Origin: an uncultured Staphylococcaceae bacterium
GTDB taxonomy: Bacteria > Bacillota_I > Bacilli_A > RFN20 > CAG-826
DNA: 64,000 nucleotides
Direction of reading: 5' to 3'
Assembly (NCBI GenBank): GCA_964504595.1
Contig: CAZDEE010000008.1
Coordinates: forward strand, 338-64,337
The notes beneath the pieces are model-generated. The model had not been told where the DNA came from. It searched no databases and saw only the letters and a program-made list of their open reading frames with translations. Below, in pieces: positions 1 through 9,116 of the stretch. The first letter of the stretch is position 1. Each line of letters begins with the position of its first letter. Position numbers and translations under genes: made by a program.

Positions 1-33
1 AAAAATTATAATTTACGTTAATTAGTTTTAAAA

Positions 34-273
34 CTAATCAATAACGTATGGTAATAAAGCCATAAAACGAGCGTTTTTAATTGCTTTAGCTAATTCACGT
101 TGGTATTTTGCGCTTGTTCCAGTAACACGACGTGGAGTAATCTTTCCGTTTGGAGAAATAAAGCGTTTTAATAATTCAACATCTTTATAATCGATGTATG
201 CAATCTTATTTTTGGTGAAATAGCAAACCTTTTTACGAGGTCTAATTTTTTTGAAACCCATTGTTTCAACCAC
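34..273 (-). CDS. rpsR: 30S ribosomal protein bS18
   Basis: 79-aa basic ORF with [35 protein letters not shown], typical of S18. Last gene of an rpsF-ssb-rpsR trio. Confidence 0.95.
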   Translation of the reverse strand: MVETMGFKKIRPRKKVCYFTKNKIAYIDYKDVELLKRFISPNGKITPRRVTGTSAKYQRELAKAIKNARFMALLPYVID

Positions 274-296
274 CTTTCTTTAAGTAATATTTTTTA

Positions 297-740
297 TTAG
301 AATGGTAAATCATCATCTGCGACATCAATCGCGGATAAATTATTATCACCTGTATCATCGTTCAAATCATCAAAAATCACAGTATCATCTTTGCCTACTG
401 TTTCGCTTGCTGTAGCGCTTGCGCCTTTTGGTTCTAAGAATTGAACAGAATCACAAATAACTTCAATAACAGAAACACGACGGCCATCTTTTGAATCGTA
501 TGTGCGTTGATTTAAACGTCCTTCAACGCCAACTAAAGATCCTTTCTTTGTAAACTTAGCTAAGTTATCTGCAGCTTGATTCCAAACTGTACATGGAATA
601 AAACTGGCAGTTTTGTCCGCACCACTTTTGGTACGATTGTCAACTGCGATAGTGAAGGAAGCAACAGCTATGCCAGAACTGGTTCTTCTTAATTCTGGGT
701 CTCTAGTAAGACGACCCACTAAAACTACACGATTAATCAT
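297..740 (-). CDS. ssb: single-stranded DNA-binding protein
   Basis: OB-fold N-terminus MINRVVLVGRLTRDPELR and an acidic tail ending DDDLPF. Lies between rpsF and rpsR. Confidence 0.95.
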   Translation of the reverse strand: MINRVVLVGRLTRDPELRRTSSGIAVASFTIAVDNRTKSGADKTASFIPCTVWNQAADNLAKFTKKGSLVGVEGRLNQRTYDSKDGRRVSVIEVICDSVQFLEPKGASATASETVGKDDTVIFDDLNDDTGDNNLSAIDVADDDLPF

Positions 741-758
741 AAAATGGAATCCCCCTTA

Positions 759-1049
759 TTATTCGGCATGATCGAGAACGATTAAATGACGAAGAATATT
801 GTTGTTAAGTTTTGCACGACGATCGAATTCTGAAGTTGCAAATGTGTCTGCTGTGACTTTAATAACAACATAGAATCCTTTTGTTTCATCAGCGATTGGA
901 TAAGCTAAATCACGTAAGCCCCATTCATTAACATCATCAATGGTACCACCATTGTTGGTAATGTTACTATGAATCTTGTTCATAACTTCTTTACGAGCTT
1001 CTTCATCAAGATTAGCTTTAACAATATACATAATTTCGTACTTTTTCAT
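759..1049 (-). CDS. rpsF: 30S ribosomal protein bS6
   Basis: 96-aa ORF starting MKKYEIMYIV...; RBS GGGAGGTG lies upstream; first gene of the rpsF-ssb-rpsR operon. Confidence 0.95.
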   Translation of the reverse strand: MKKYEIMYIVKANLDEEARKEVMNKIHSNITNNGGTIDDVNEWGLRDLAYPIADETKGFYVVIKVTADTFATSEFDRRAKLNNNILRHLIVLDHAE

Positions 1050-1129
1050 GAGTACACCTCCCTTTGGACAATCTGGCTAGTTTAACTAGCAGAGAGTTTC
1101 TTTATGGCCTTCACTCCATAAGCAGAATT

Positions 1130-1158
1130 ATTATATAATAATTCACCCTGGATGTAAA
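1130..1158 (-). promoter_or_regulatory. sigma-A-type promoter of rpsF operon
   Basis: On the minus strand: TTTACA (1158-1153), 17-nt spacer, TATAAT (1135-1130). This leaves an approximately 75-80-nt leader before the rpsF ATG. Confidence 0.5.
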
Positions 1159-1162
1159 GAAG

Positions 1163-1209
1163 AAAAAAAGCGCACTTAATCGTAGAAAATCTACCAATTA
1201 TAATTACGC
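1163..1209 (-). terminator. putative intrinsic terminator after Clp-like ATPase gene
   Basis: Imperfect long hairpin on the minus strand: outer GCGTAATT/AAGTGCGC, inner GTAGA-TTT-TCTAC. It is followed by a T7 run (A-run 1163-1169 on the plus strand). Confidence 0.45.
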
Positions 1210-1234
1210 TTTAAAATAAAAAATTCCTAATTAT

Positions 1235-3274
1235 TTATTTAATTTTTTCTTGTTCTTCAAGCTTTTCTGCAACTTCTAAAATCACTCTTTTTTGCAAGTA
1301 TCTTGCTCCATATTTTTCTATTTCATCATGATTTATCTCCATATCCGCTACTTCAAAAGATTCCCTTTCAGATAACCTGTCTAAATAAGATAAAATAAGT
1401 TGCTTCTGTGCATTTTCATCAATAAAAGAAAACTCAATTATTTCATCGATTCTATTCAAGAAATCAATTCTAAATTTTGTTTGTAACCTATGCGCAATAC
1501 TCGCACTATCACTTTTACTCGAATCTAGATGAATTCTTTTTCCAAACAAATTATCATTATCAAAGCCAAAATTAGAAGTCATTATAATAATTGTGTTTGA
1601 GCAATCAATTTTTTCTTGTTTTGAATCATAAAAATAGCCTTCATCAAATATATTTAAGAAAAAATTAAGAACATCTGTATGTGCTTTATCGATATCATCT
1701 AAAAGAATAATCGAATTAGGATGCGCTAATAAAGTCTTGATAAAAGCCGATTTTTCTTCATGACCTGTATATCCAGGTGGAGAACCAATTAGCTTATTAA
1801 TTGAAGTAACATCATTATAGCCTCCCATATCTAATTTAATAAATGCATCTTCATTTTTTAAAAATGATTTAGCAATTATTTTCACAGTTTCACTTTTTCC
1901 TACTCCAGAAGGCCCTACAAACATAAATACTCCAAGTGGACGGTTAGATATCTTTTTTCCTTTTTCGATATAATTCAACCATCTATATATCTTGTTAATC
2001 GCGGACTCTTGTCCATATATATTTTCAAGTAAGCTCTTTCTTGTTTGCTTTGATTTATTAATAAACAAGACAGAAATATTATAAAATGTTTCAATTGTTG
2101 AATTAATATCGCTTATTGTTAATTCTTTTTTTGCTACTACACAGCTGTTATCTAAAATATCAATTGCAATATCTGGAAAAGTTTTATTTGATAAATATTC
2201 ATTTGCGATATCAACAATATAATCAACAATTTGTTTTTTTATTTTTATCTTATAGAAGTCTTCATATAAAGGTATTAACGCATTTAATATTCTTTTAGTT
2301 TCTTCTTTAGTTGATTGATTCATTTTTATAATTTGAAATCGTCTACTTAAAGCTTTATCTTTAGCTATTGTTGCATGATATTCATCAATTGTTGTCGCGC
2401 CGATTAACTGAATTTCTCCTCGACTTAAATATGGCTTAAAAATATTACATGCATCTATTGCGCCTTCTGCGCCTCCTGCTTTAATAATATTATGAATTTC
2501 ATCAATAAAAAGAATTGCATTACCATCTTCTTTAACTTTCTTAATAATTTTCTTTAATTTTTCTTCAAATTCTCCTCGATATTTCGTTCCTCCAACAACT
2601 GAAGATAAATCCAATTCATATATTCTTTTCCCTTCCAAACCTTTTATTCTATTTTTAGCTAGTAGTGCTGCAAGTTCTTCTACAATTGCCGTTTTCCCAA
2701 TTCCTGGCGCACCTATAATTAAAGCGTTTGGTTTATTTCTTCTTTTCAAAGCTCTAATAAGTTGATCTAATTCTTTTTCTCGTCCTATCAATGGATCTTT
2801 TTTTATTTTACTTAATTCATGGAGGTCAACAATACTATCTAAATCGCTTTTTCTTTTTGTTTGTTTACTTATATTGCTCATTATTTCTTTTTTATTCACT
2901 TTCATCAACCTTAAATAATCATTAACAATGCCTTCATTATCTTCGACAATTGCTAAAGCTAAAACCTCTAAAGAAACTTTATCTTCTTTTAAACTTTTGC
3001 TTTTCATAACAACTTTATCTAAAAAGATTTTAAAACTTGCTTCATATTCCATAAAGAAAACATCATCATCTTGCTCTGTTTTATTTAATAAAGACATAAA
3101 ATTCATATAAGTAATTTGATATTTGCTTAATTCTTCCGCTAAAAGATTATCACCATTTTTTAAAAACGCTAAAAAAAGGTGTTCTTTGCTAACTGACGAT
3201 GATGACATATCAAAAGCTAAAGACTCACCTAATGCAATTATTCTTTGTGCTTCTATTGAAAATTTTTCTAACAT
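1235..3274 (-). CDS. Clp/Hsp100 double-AAA+ ATPase, short divergent ClpC-position paralog (no M-domain)
   Basis: 679 aa. Has a Clp N-repeat region. D1 has GAPGIGKT, ILFIDEIH and KYRGEFEE. D2 has GPSGVGKS, IILLDDIDKAH and GYTG, with sensor-2 YGARYL. Sits downstream of lysS, where B. subtilis has clpC. Confidence 0.8.
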   Translation of the reverse strand: MLEKFSIEAQRIIALGESLAFDMSSSSVSKEHLFLAFLKNGDNLLAEELSKYQITYMNFMSLLNKTEQDDDVFFMEYEASFKIFLDKVVMKSKSLKEDKVSLEVLALAIVEDNEGIVNDYLRLMKVNKKEIMSNISKQTKRKSDLDSIVDLHELSKIKKDPLIGREKELDQLIRALKRRNKPNALIIGAPGIGKTAIVEELAALLAKNRIKGLEGKRIYELDLSSVVGGTKYRGEFEEKLKKIIKKVKEDGNAILFIDEIHNIIKAGGAEGAIDACNIFKPYLSRGEIQLIGATTIDEYHATIAKDKALSRRFQIIKMNQSTKEETKRILNALIPLYEDFYKIKIKKQIVDYIVDIANEYLSNKTFPDIAIDILDNSCVVAKKELTISDINSTIETFYNISVLFINKSKQTRKSLLENIYGQESAINKIYRWLNYIEKGKKISNRPLGVFMFVGPSGVGKSETVKIIAKSFLKNEDAFIKLDMGGYNDVTSINKLIGSPPGYTGHEEKSAFIKTLLAHPNSIILLDDIDKAHTDVLNFFLNIFDEGYFYDSKQEKIDCSNTIIIMTSNFGFDNDNLFGKRIHLDSSKSDSASIAHRLQTKFRIDFLNRIDEIIEFSFIDENAQKQLILSYLDRLSERESFEVADMEINHDEIEKYGARYLQKRVILEVAEKLEEQEKIK

Positions 3275-3341
3275 AGGCCACTCTCCTAAAACAAATTTAT
3301 GTTTTCTATTAAGAATTATTGACCTATTTTATACTTTTAAA

Positions 3342-4037
3342 CTATTTATTTAATAAATCTTTAATAACTTCACTAGCAATAAGAAGCCCAGCGGATGAAG
3401 GAACAAATGGCGTGCTACCAACTATTTTACGATCATTATTATCTTCATGTATATGAGGTTCTTCCGTTGAATAAACCACTTTTAATTGTTTAATTCCTAT
3501 TTTTCTTAATTCATGACGCATAACTTTTGCTAAAGGACACATAGAAGTTTTATAAATATCTGTAACCACTAATTTAGATGGGTCTAATTTATTTCCTGTT
3601 CCCATCGAAGAAATAATAGGAACATTTAATTCGCTTGCTTTTTTAATTAATAATAATTTCGATGTTACAGAATCAATCGCATCAATTATATAATCATAAG
3701 AAGATAAATCTATTTGTTCTTTAGTTTCTTCATTATAAAAAATTGGAAATATTTCGATTTTAACATTTTCATTAATATCTAACATTCTATCTTTCATAAC
3801 ATCAACTTTCTTCTTTCCAATTGTGCTTCTAGTAGCAATTATTTGCCTGTTTAAATTTGAAATTGATACTTCATCAAAGTCAATTAATGCAAAGTTGCCA
3901 ATCCCGCTTCTTACTAATGCTTCAGCAACATATCCTCCAACTCCACCTAAACCAAAAATAGCTACTTTATACTTTGAAAGTTTTTCAACATTGTCAATTC
4001 CAATAACATATGAAGTTCTAACAAATTGCTCTTTCAT
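3342..4037 (-). CDS. tcdA: ThiF/MoeB-family E1-like enzyme, probably tRNA threonylcarbamoyladenosine dehydratase (TcdA/YrvM-like)
   Basis: 231 aa with the Rossmann motif VAIFGLGGVGGYVAEAL followed by LIDFDEVSISNLNRQ. The size and motifs fit the TcdA/CsdL subgroup. Confidence 0.7.
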   Translation of the reverse strand: MKEQFVRTSYVIGIDNVEKLSKYKVAIFGLGGVGGYVAEALVRSGIGNFALIDFDEVSISNLNRQIIATRSTIGKKKVDVMKDRMLDINENVKIEIFPIFYNEETKEQIDLSSYDYIIDAIDSVTSKLLLIKKASELNVPIISSMGTGNKLDPSKLVVTDIYKTSMCPLAKVMRHELRKIGIKQLKVVYSTEEPHIHEDNNDRKIVGSTPFVPSSAGLLIASEVIKDLLNK

Positions 4038-4062
4038 AAAGATGTCACTCCAATCATGATTT

Positions 4063-4087
4063 AAAAAAGCGGACTTTAATCGTCCGC
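4063..4087 (-). terminator. intrinsic terminator after lysS
   Basis: Stem GCGGAC (4069-4074) / GTCCGC (4082-4087) with a 7-nt loop. On the minus strand it is followed by T6 (A-run 4063-4068). Confidence 0.65.
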
Positions 4088-4096
4088 ATATAATTT

Positions 4097-5596
4097 TTAT
4101 CTATCTTTCATAGTTGGGAATAAAATAACTTCTCTAACCGATGTTTGTTCAGTTAAGAACATTACTAATCGATCTATTCCCATGCCAACACCACCACAAG
4201 GTGGCATTCCATATTCTAATGATTCAATGAAATCAATATCCATTTCATTCGCTTCATCATTTCCAGCTTCACGTTCCGCAAGTTGCGCTAAGAATCTATT
4301 CTTTTGATCGATAGGATCATTTAATTCTGTATACGCATTAGCGAATTCATGTCCCCCAATATAAAGTTCAAATCTTTGGACAAAACGTGGATCATCTAAA
4401 TCAACCTTAGTAAGAGGAGATATTTCAACTGGATGACCGCATAAGAATGTTGGTTGAACTAATTTATCTTCACAGAATGTTTCAAAGAAAGCATCAATAA
4501 TATGTCCTACAGTGAAGTGTTTTTCAACTTTAATTCCATGTTTTAAAGCAAGTTCTGTTGCTTCTTCTAAAGAATAATGATTGTTTTTAAAATCAATTCC
4601 AACATATTCTTTAATCATTTCGCACATTGTAACTACTCTAAATGGTTTGGAAAGATCAATTTTTTCTCCTTCAGGATCAAAAATATTCATAAATAATTCT
4701 TTTCCAATAACTTTACTCGCGGCATATTTAATCATACCTTCAGTAATTCTCATCATTGATGATAAATCACCATAGGCTTCATATAATTCGATTGTGGTAA
4801 ATTCAGGATTATGAGTTAAATCCATACCTTCATTTCTAAATAAACGACCTATTTCATATACTTTCTCTAATCCACCAACGATTAAACGTTTTAAAGGTAA
4901 TTCTGTAGCAATTCTTAAATAGAATTCTCTATTTAATGCATTGTGATGTGTAATGAATGGACGCGCTGTTGCCCCGCCTTGAATAGATTGTAAAACTGGA
5001 GTCTCTACTTCAATAAAGCCCAAATTATCACAATATTCTTGAATTGCACGAATTATTTTTGGTCTAGAAATCGCAACACGTTTTGCTTCTTCATTCATAA
5101 TTAAATCAACATAACGACGACGATATCTTTCTTCTTTATCAGTTAAACCATGATATTTTTCCGGAAGTGGTCTTAAAGCTTTTGTTAAATGAGTATATTC
5201 ACTACATTTTACAGTTGGTTCTCCTGTTTGAGTTAACATAATTGTTCCTTTAACACCGACAATATCGCCAACATCCGCCATTTTGAAAAGAGAATATATT
5301 TCTTCACCAACATCGTTAATGCTAATATAAACTTGTTGTTTTCCTTTTAAATCTTGAATGGCAAAGAAACTAGCTTTTCCCATCTTACGAATAAACATAA
5401 TTCTACCTGCGATAGAAACCTCTAAATGAAGTTGTTCAACTTCTTCATGCGTTAAGCCAGCAACTTTTTCTTTAATTTCCGAAGAATAATGTGTTCTATC
5501 AAAAGCTTGTCCGAATGGATCAATCCCTCTTTCAATATACTTTTCTAATTTGTTACGACGATTAATTTCTTGTTCTGTTAGTTTAATGTCTGCCAT
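4097..5596 (-). CDS. lysS: lysyl-tRNA synthetase, class II
   Basis: 499 aa with an N-terminal OB anticodon-binding region and class II motifs (..FRNEG.., ..GGVGMGIDRLVM..). dusB-lysS order as in B. subtilis. Confidence 0.95.
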   Translation of the reverse strand: MADIKLTEQEINRRNKLEKYIERGIDPFGQAFDRTHYSSEIKEKVAGLTHEEVEQLHLEVSIAGRIMFIRKMGKASFFAIQDLKGKQQVYISINDVGEEIYSLFKMADVGDIVGVKGTIMLTQTGEPTVKCSEYTHLTKALRPLPEKYHGLTDKEERYRRRYVDLIMNEEAKRVAISRPKIIRAIQEYCDNLGFIEVETPVLQSIQGGATARPFITHHNALNREFYLRIATELPLKRLIVGGLEKVYEIGRLFRNEGMDLTHNPEFTTIELYEAYGDLSSMMRITEGMIKYAASKVIGKELFMNIFDPEGEKIDLSKPFRVVTMCEMIKEYVGIDFKNNHYSLEEATELALKHGIKVEKHFTVGHIIDAFFETFCEDKLVQPTFLCGHPVEISPLTKVDLDDPRFVQRFELYIGGHEFANAYTELNDPIDQKNRFLAQLAEREAGNDEANEMDIDFIESLEYGMPPCGGVGMGIDRLVMFLTEQTSVREVILFPTMKDR

Positions 5597-5675
5597 AAAA
5601 TCACCTCAGCTAAAATATAATACTATATTTTACAAACTTTTTAAAGCAAATTAAGCGATATTATAGAGCATTAAC

Positions 5676-5738
5676 AAAAAAACAGTTTGTTTTAAAGCGA
5701 TATAGATAAAATAGACACTATGCTATAGCAAACAAACT
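5676..5738 (-). terminator. putative intrinsic terminator about 210 nt downstream of dusB
   Basis: On the minus strand, AGTTTGTTT (5738-5730) pairs with AAACAAACT (5692-5684). An inner GCTATAG/CTATA..GC helix sits between them, and GTTTTTTTG follows. Confidence 0.5.
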
Positions 5739-5947
5739 ATAAAGTGTAATTACATTATCAATTACTTAATGATTTTAAAATAAAATAAAATAAAAAAGAA
5801 GATCTAATCAAATATATTGAGTATTATATTTTTTCTTCAATTTTGAAAGACCTTCTTATTTTTAATCATTTAGATTCCAATCAATTTAACCACTTTTTAT
5901 CTCTTAAACTGAATAGTGTCCTACTTTTTTGTTAACTAGTGTATTTT

Positions 5948-6910
5948 TTAGATATTATCAATAATTTCAAAAAAATCTTTTTCATTATTAATAGATGTCG
6001 AAAGTTTAATTCTTAAATTTTTAGTATTTGGATATCCCTTAAGATAAAATGGAGCAATACCTCGCATTTCTTTTATTGCTACAAATTCTCCTTTAAGTGC
6101 TTTAAGAGATTGATAATGCTTCTTTAAATATTCAATATTTTGTTTTAAAGAAATAGATGGTAGTTTTTCTTTTGTTCTAAAATAATGATCAATTTGAGTG
6201 ATTAAATACGGATTTCCTAAAGCTCCTCTTGCCACCATAATCGCATCTGCGTTTGTCATTTCTTTAACTCGAATCGCATCTTCAAGAGTATAAATATCTC
6301 CTGATACCACTAACGGAATTGACATTTTTTCTTTTAATCCCATAAGCATTTCATGATGAGCTTTACCGGTATACAATTCTTTTCTTGTTCTTGCATGAAT
6401 AGCAATCATCGCCACTCCTGCTTTTTGAAGTAATTCAACAACTTCATAAAAATTAATCGAATCTTCATCCCATCCTAATCTTATTTTAGCGGTTACTGGT
6501 GTTTTGGAAGCTTCAACAAGGGCCTTCATCATATCGAACAATTCATCTTTTCTTTTTAACCAAGCTGAACCTGCACCAGTCTTCGTTACTTTTGGAACTG
6601 GACAACCTAAATTAACATCAATAAAATCATACTTATATTGACTTGATTCTACTATTTTAAGCGCCTCTAATAAAGTCTCTTTACTCGCTCCAAAAAGTTG
6701 AATTCCTACCGGCCCTTCATTTTCATTTATTTCTAAATACTTATATGTTTCTTTGTTTTGATAAACTAATCCGCAATCTGAAACCATTTCTGTATAAGAA
6801 ACAGCAACCCCAAATGGTTTATTAAATGTTCTAAAAGCTATATTTGTATAGCCCGCCATCGGACCTAATACTACTTGACCTTCTATTTTAATGTTTCCAA
6901 TATTCCACAT
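5948..6910 (-). CDS. dusB: tRNA-dihydrouridine synthase
   Basis: 320 aa TIM-barrel Dus family protein (VLGPMAGYTN, LGCPVPKVTK, HARTR). Lies upstream of lysS as B. subtilis yacF/dusB does. Confidence 0.85.
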   Translation of the reverse strand: MWNIGNIKIEGQVVLGPMAGYTNIAFRTFNKPFGVAVSYTEMVSDCGLVYQNKETYKYLEINENEGPVGIQLFGASKETLLEALKIVESSQYKYDFIDVNLGCPVPKVTKTGAGSAWLKRKDELFDMMKALVEASKTPVTAKIRLGWDEDSINFYEVVELLQKAGVAMIAIHARTRKELYTGKAHHEMLMGLKEKMSIPLVVSGDIYTLEDAIRVKEMTNADAIMVARGALGNPYLITQIDHYFRTKEKLPSISLKQNIEYLKKHYQSLKALKGEFVAIKEMRGIAPFYLKGYPNTKNLRIKLSTSINNEKDFFEIIDNI

Positions 6911-6933
6911 AACTATTACTAAAAAAGGAAAGG

Positions 6934-8982
6934 TTATTCCTTTCCTTCATCTCCTTTTGTTTCTTCAACTGCATTTTCTTCTTTCACAACTTCTTCAGCA
7001 ACAACAGTCTCTCTCTTTGGAAGTTCACGATGTTCTAATAAGTATGCGATTTCTTCTGCATTAATTGTTTCTTGTTTTAATAAAGTTTCCGCAATTAAGA
7101 TAACATCATCACGATATTCATTTAAAATATCTAAAGCTTTTTGATGTGAATCCTCAATAATTACTCTTACTTCTTTATCAATTTCATATGCTATTTGAGT
7201 TGAGAAATTCTTTTGTGAAGAGGTATAATCTCTTCCTAAAAAGACAGATCCAGAATCTCTTTCATATTGGATTGGTCCTAAAGAAGACATACCATATTCA
7301 GTAACCATTAATCGTGCAATACGTGTAGCTACTTGAATATCATTATGTGCTCCTGTCGAAATATCATCAAAGAATATTTCTTCAGATGATCTTCCACCTA
7401 AATATCCAACAATTCTTGCTATAAGTTCCTTCTTTGTCAACAAGAATTTATCTTCTTCAGGTCCCATCAAAACATGTCCGCCTGTTCTTCCACGTGGCAC
7501 AATTGTAATCTTTTGAACTTTATCAGAATGTTCCATTCTTAAACCGATAACAGCGTGTCCAGCTTCATGGTATGCAACTTGACGGCGTTCATGTTCAGTC
7601 ATAGCTTTAGAAGCTTTAGCTGGACCTCCAATACGACGATCAATCGCTTCATCAATTTCAGCAATTGTAATAAGTGGTTTATTTTCACGAACCGCTAAAA
7701 TAGCAGCTTCATTTAAAACATTTTCTAAATCAGCACCAGAGAAGCCAGTTGTTCTTCTTGCAACATTATCGAAATCAACTGAAGGATCAATATGTTTATT
7801 TCTTGCATGAACTCTTAATATTGCCGCTCTGCCTTTTCTATCTGGTAAATCTACAGTAATTTGTCTATCAAAACGACCTGCTCTTAATAAAGCTGGATCA
7901 AGAACATCATCACGGTTTGTTGCCGCCATAACAATAATTCCAGCATTATCAGAGAAACCATCCATTTCTACTAATAATTGGTTAAGTGTTTGTTCACGTT
8001 CATCGTTACCGCCACCCATACCAGCTCCTCTTTGACGACCAACTGCGTCAATTTCATCAATAAAAATTAAACATGGAGCGGTTTGTTTAGCTTTCTTAAA
8101 CATATCTCTTACACGTCCAGCACCAACACCAACGAACATTTCAACAAAGTCAGAACCAGAAATTGAATAGAATGGAACCCCCGCTTCGCCCGCAACAGCT
8201 TTTGCAAGCAAAGTTTTACCAGTTCCTGGTGGCCCAACTAATAAAACACCTTTTGGCAATTTAGCACCAAATTGAGCATATTTTTTAGGATTCTTTAAAT
8301 AATCGACCATTTCAATAAGTTCAGCTTTTTCTTCATCTGCGCCTGCAACATCGGTGAATCTAACTTTAGATGCATCCTCACGTCTTGCACGTGATCTATT
8401 AAATTCCATAGCCTTATTATTAGAATTATTTATGGAATTTGAAAATCTTGAGAACACAAATACAGCAATAAGGATTCCGCCACCAAGCATCAATATTGTT
8501 GGTAACCATTGTTCAAACCAATTTGTTTGATATGCATCAACGATTGATAATTTACCTTCATAATATGATTTTCCTTCAGAATTTAATCTAGAATCTAAGA
8601 TTTCTGAAATAGTCATAGTAACTGTTTGACTTGAAAGAATATTTCCTTCTTCATCATAAGTGTTATAAGTTAATTCATGTTCTTGCGTATCAAAATATGA
8701 GGAAGGAACTTGACAAGAGAAATTAACTTTTGAACGAGTATTTTTCTCTTCATTAACTACAACATAGGTACCAGTAATGGAAGTTACTTTTTCTTTTGGT
8801 GTAACTGTAACATCAATTACTTCTTCTTCATATAAAATTTCCGCTACACGACTAAGCATTGGATACTCTGTTTTTGTGCTTCTGGAATTAGATGTAATAA
8901 CAATAAAAAACACCATAAGTGCTGATAAAATCAAATATGGCCACATAAAACTTAAAATACTTTTTCTCTTCGATTGATTCAT
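6934..8982 (-). CDS. ftsH: ATP-dependent zinc metalloprotease FtsH
   Basis: Two N-terminal TM segments, AAA Walker A GPPGTGKT, Walker B IIFIDEID, and the zinc motif HEAGHA. Confidence 0.95.
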   Translation of the reverse strand: MNQSKRKSILSFMWPYLILSALMVFFIVITSNSRSTKTEYPMLSRVAEILYEEEVIDVTVTPKEKVTSITGTYVVVNEEKNTRSKVNFSCQVPSSYFDTQEHELTYNTYDEEGNILSSQTVTMTISEILDSRLNSEGKSYYEGKLSIVDAYQTNWFEQWLPTILMLGGGILIAVFVFSRFSNSINNSNNKAMEFNRSRARREDASKVRFTDVAGADEEKAELIEMVDYLKNPKKYAQFGAKLPKGVLLVGPPGTGKTLLAKAVAGEAGVPFYSISGSDFVEMFVGVGAGRVRDMFKKAKQTAPCLIFIDEIDAVGRQRGAGMGGGNDEREQTLNQLLVEMDGFSDNAGIIVMAATNRDDVLDPALLRAGRFDRQITVDLPDRKGRAAILRVHARNKHIDPSVDFDNVARRTTGFSGADLENVLNEAAILAVRENKPLITIAEIDEAIDRRIGGPAKASKAMTEHERRQVAYHEAGHAVIGLRMEHSDKVQKITIVPRGRTGGHVLMGPEEDKFLLTKKELIARIVGYLGGRSSEEIFFDDISTGAHNDIQVATRIARLMVTEYGMSSLGPIQYERDSGSVFLGRDYTSSQKNFSTQIAYEIDKEVRVIIEDSHQKALDILNEYRDDVILIAETLLKQETINAEEIAYLLEHRELPKRETVVAEEVVKEENAVEETKGDEGKE

Positions 8983-9116
8983 TCTATTACCCCCTTCTTA
9001 ACATCAAGCAATATATTACAATATTATTGTTAATTTTTCATTAACCATACTGAGCGTTTTTTACTCCATTAGTATGACACTCAGCGTAAAGTATTATACA
9101 ATACTTTAAATTATTT

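Noticed and set aside
5768-5790. (TAAAA)n microrepeat in the dusB-lysS spacer, considered as a meaningful tandem repeat.
   Set aside because: It has only about three units of low-complexity AT sequence, which is indistinguishable from background.
9040-9116. Hairpin-like sequences between tilS and ftsH (AAAGTATT-ATAC-AATACTTT, and the near-repeat CTGAGCG/CTCAGCG).
   Set aside because: These are AT-rich 8-bp stems without a T-run and a 7-nt near-repeat. They are too weak to call a terminator or regulatory element without data.
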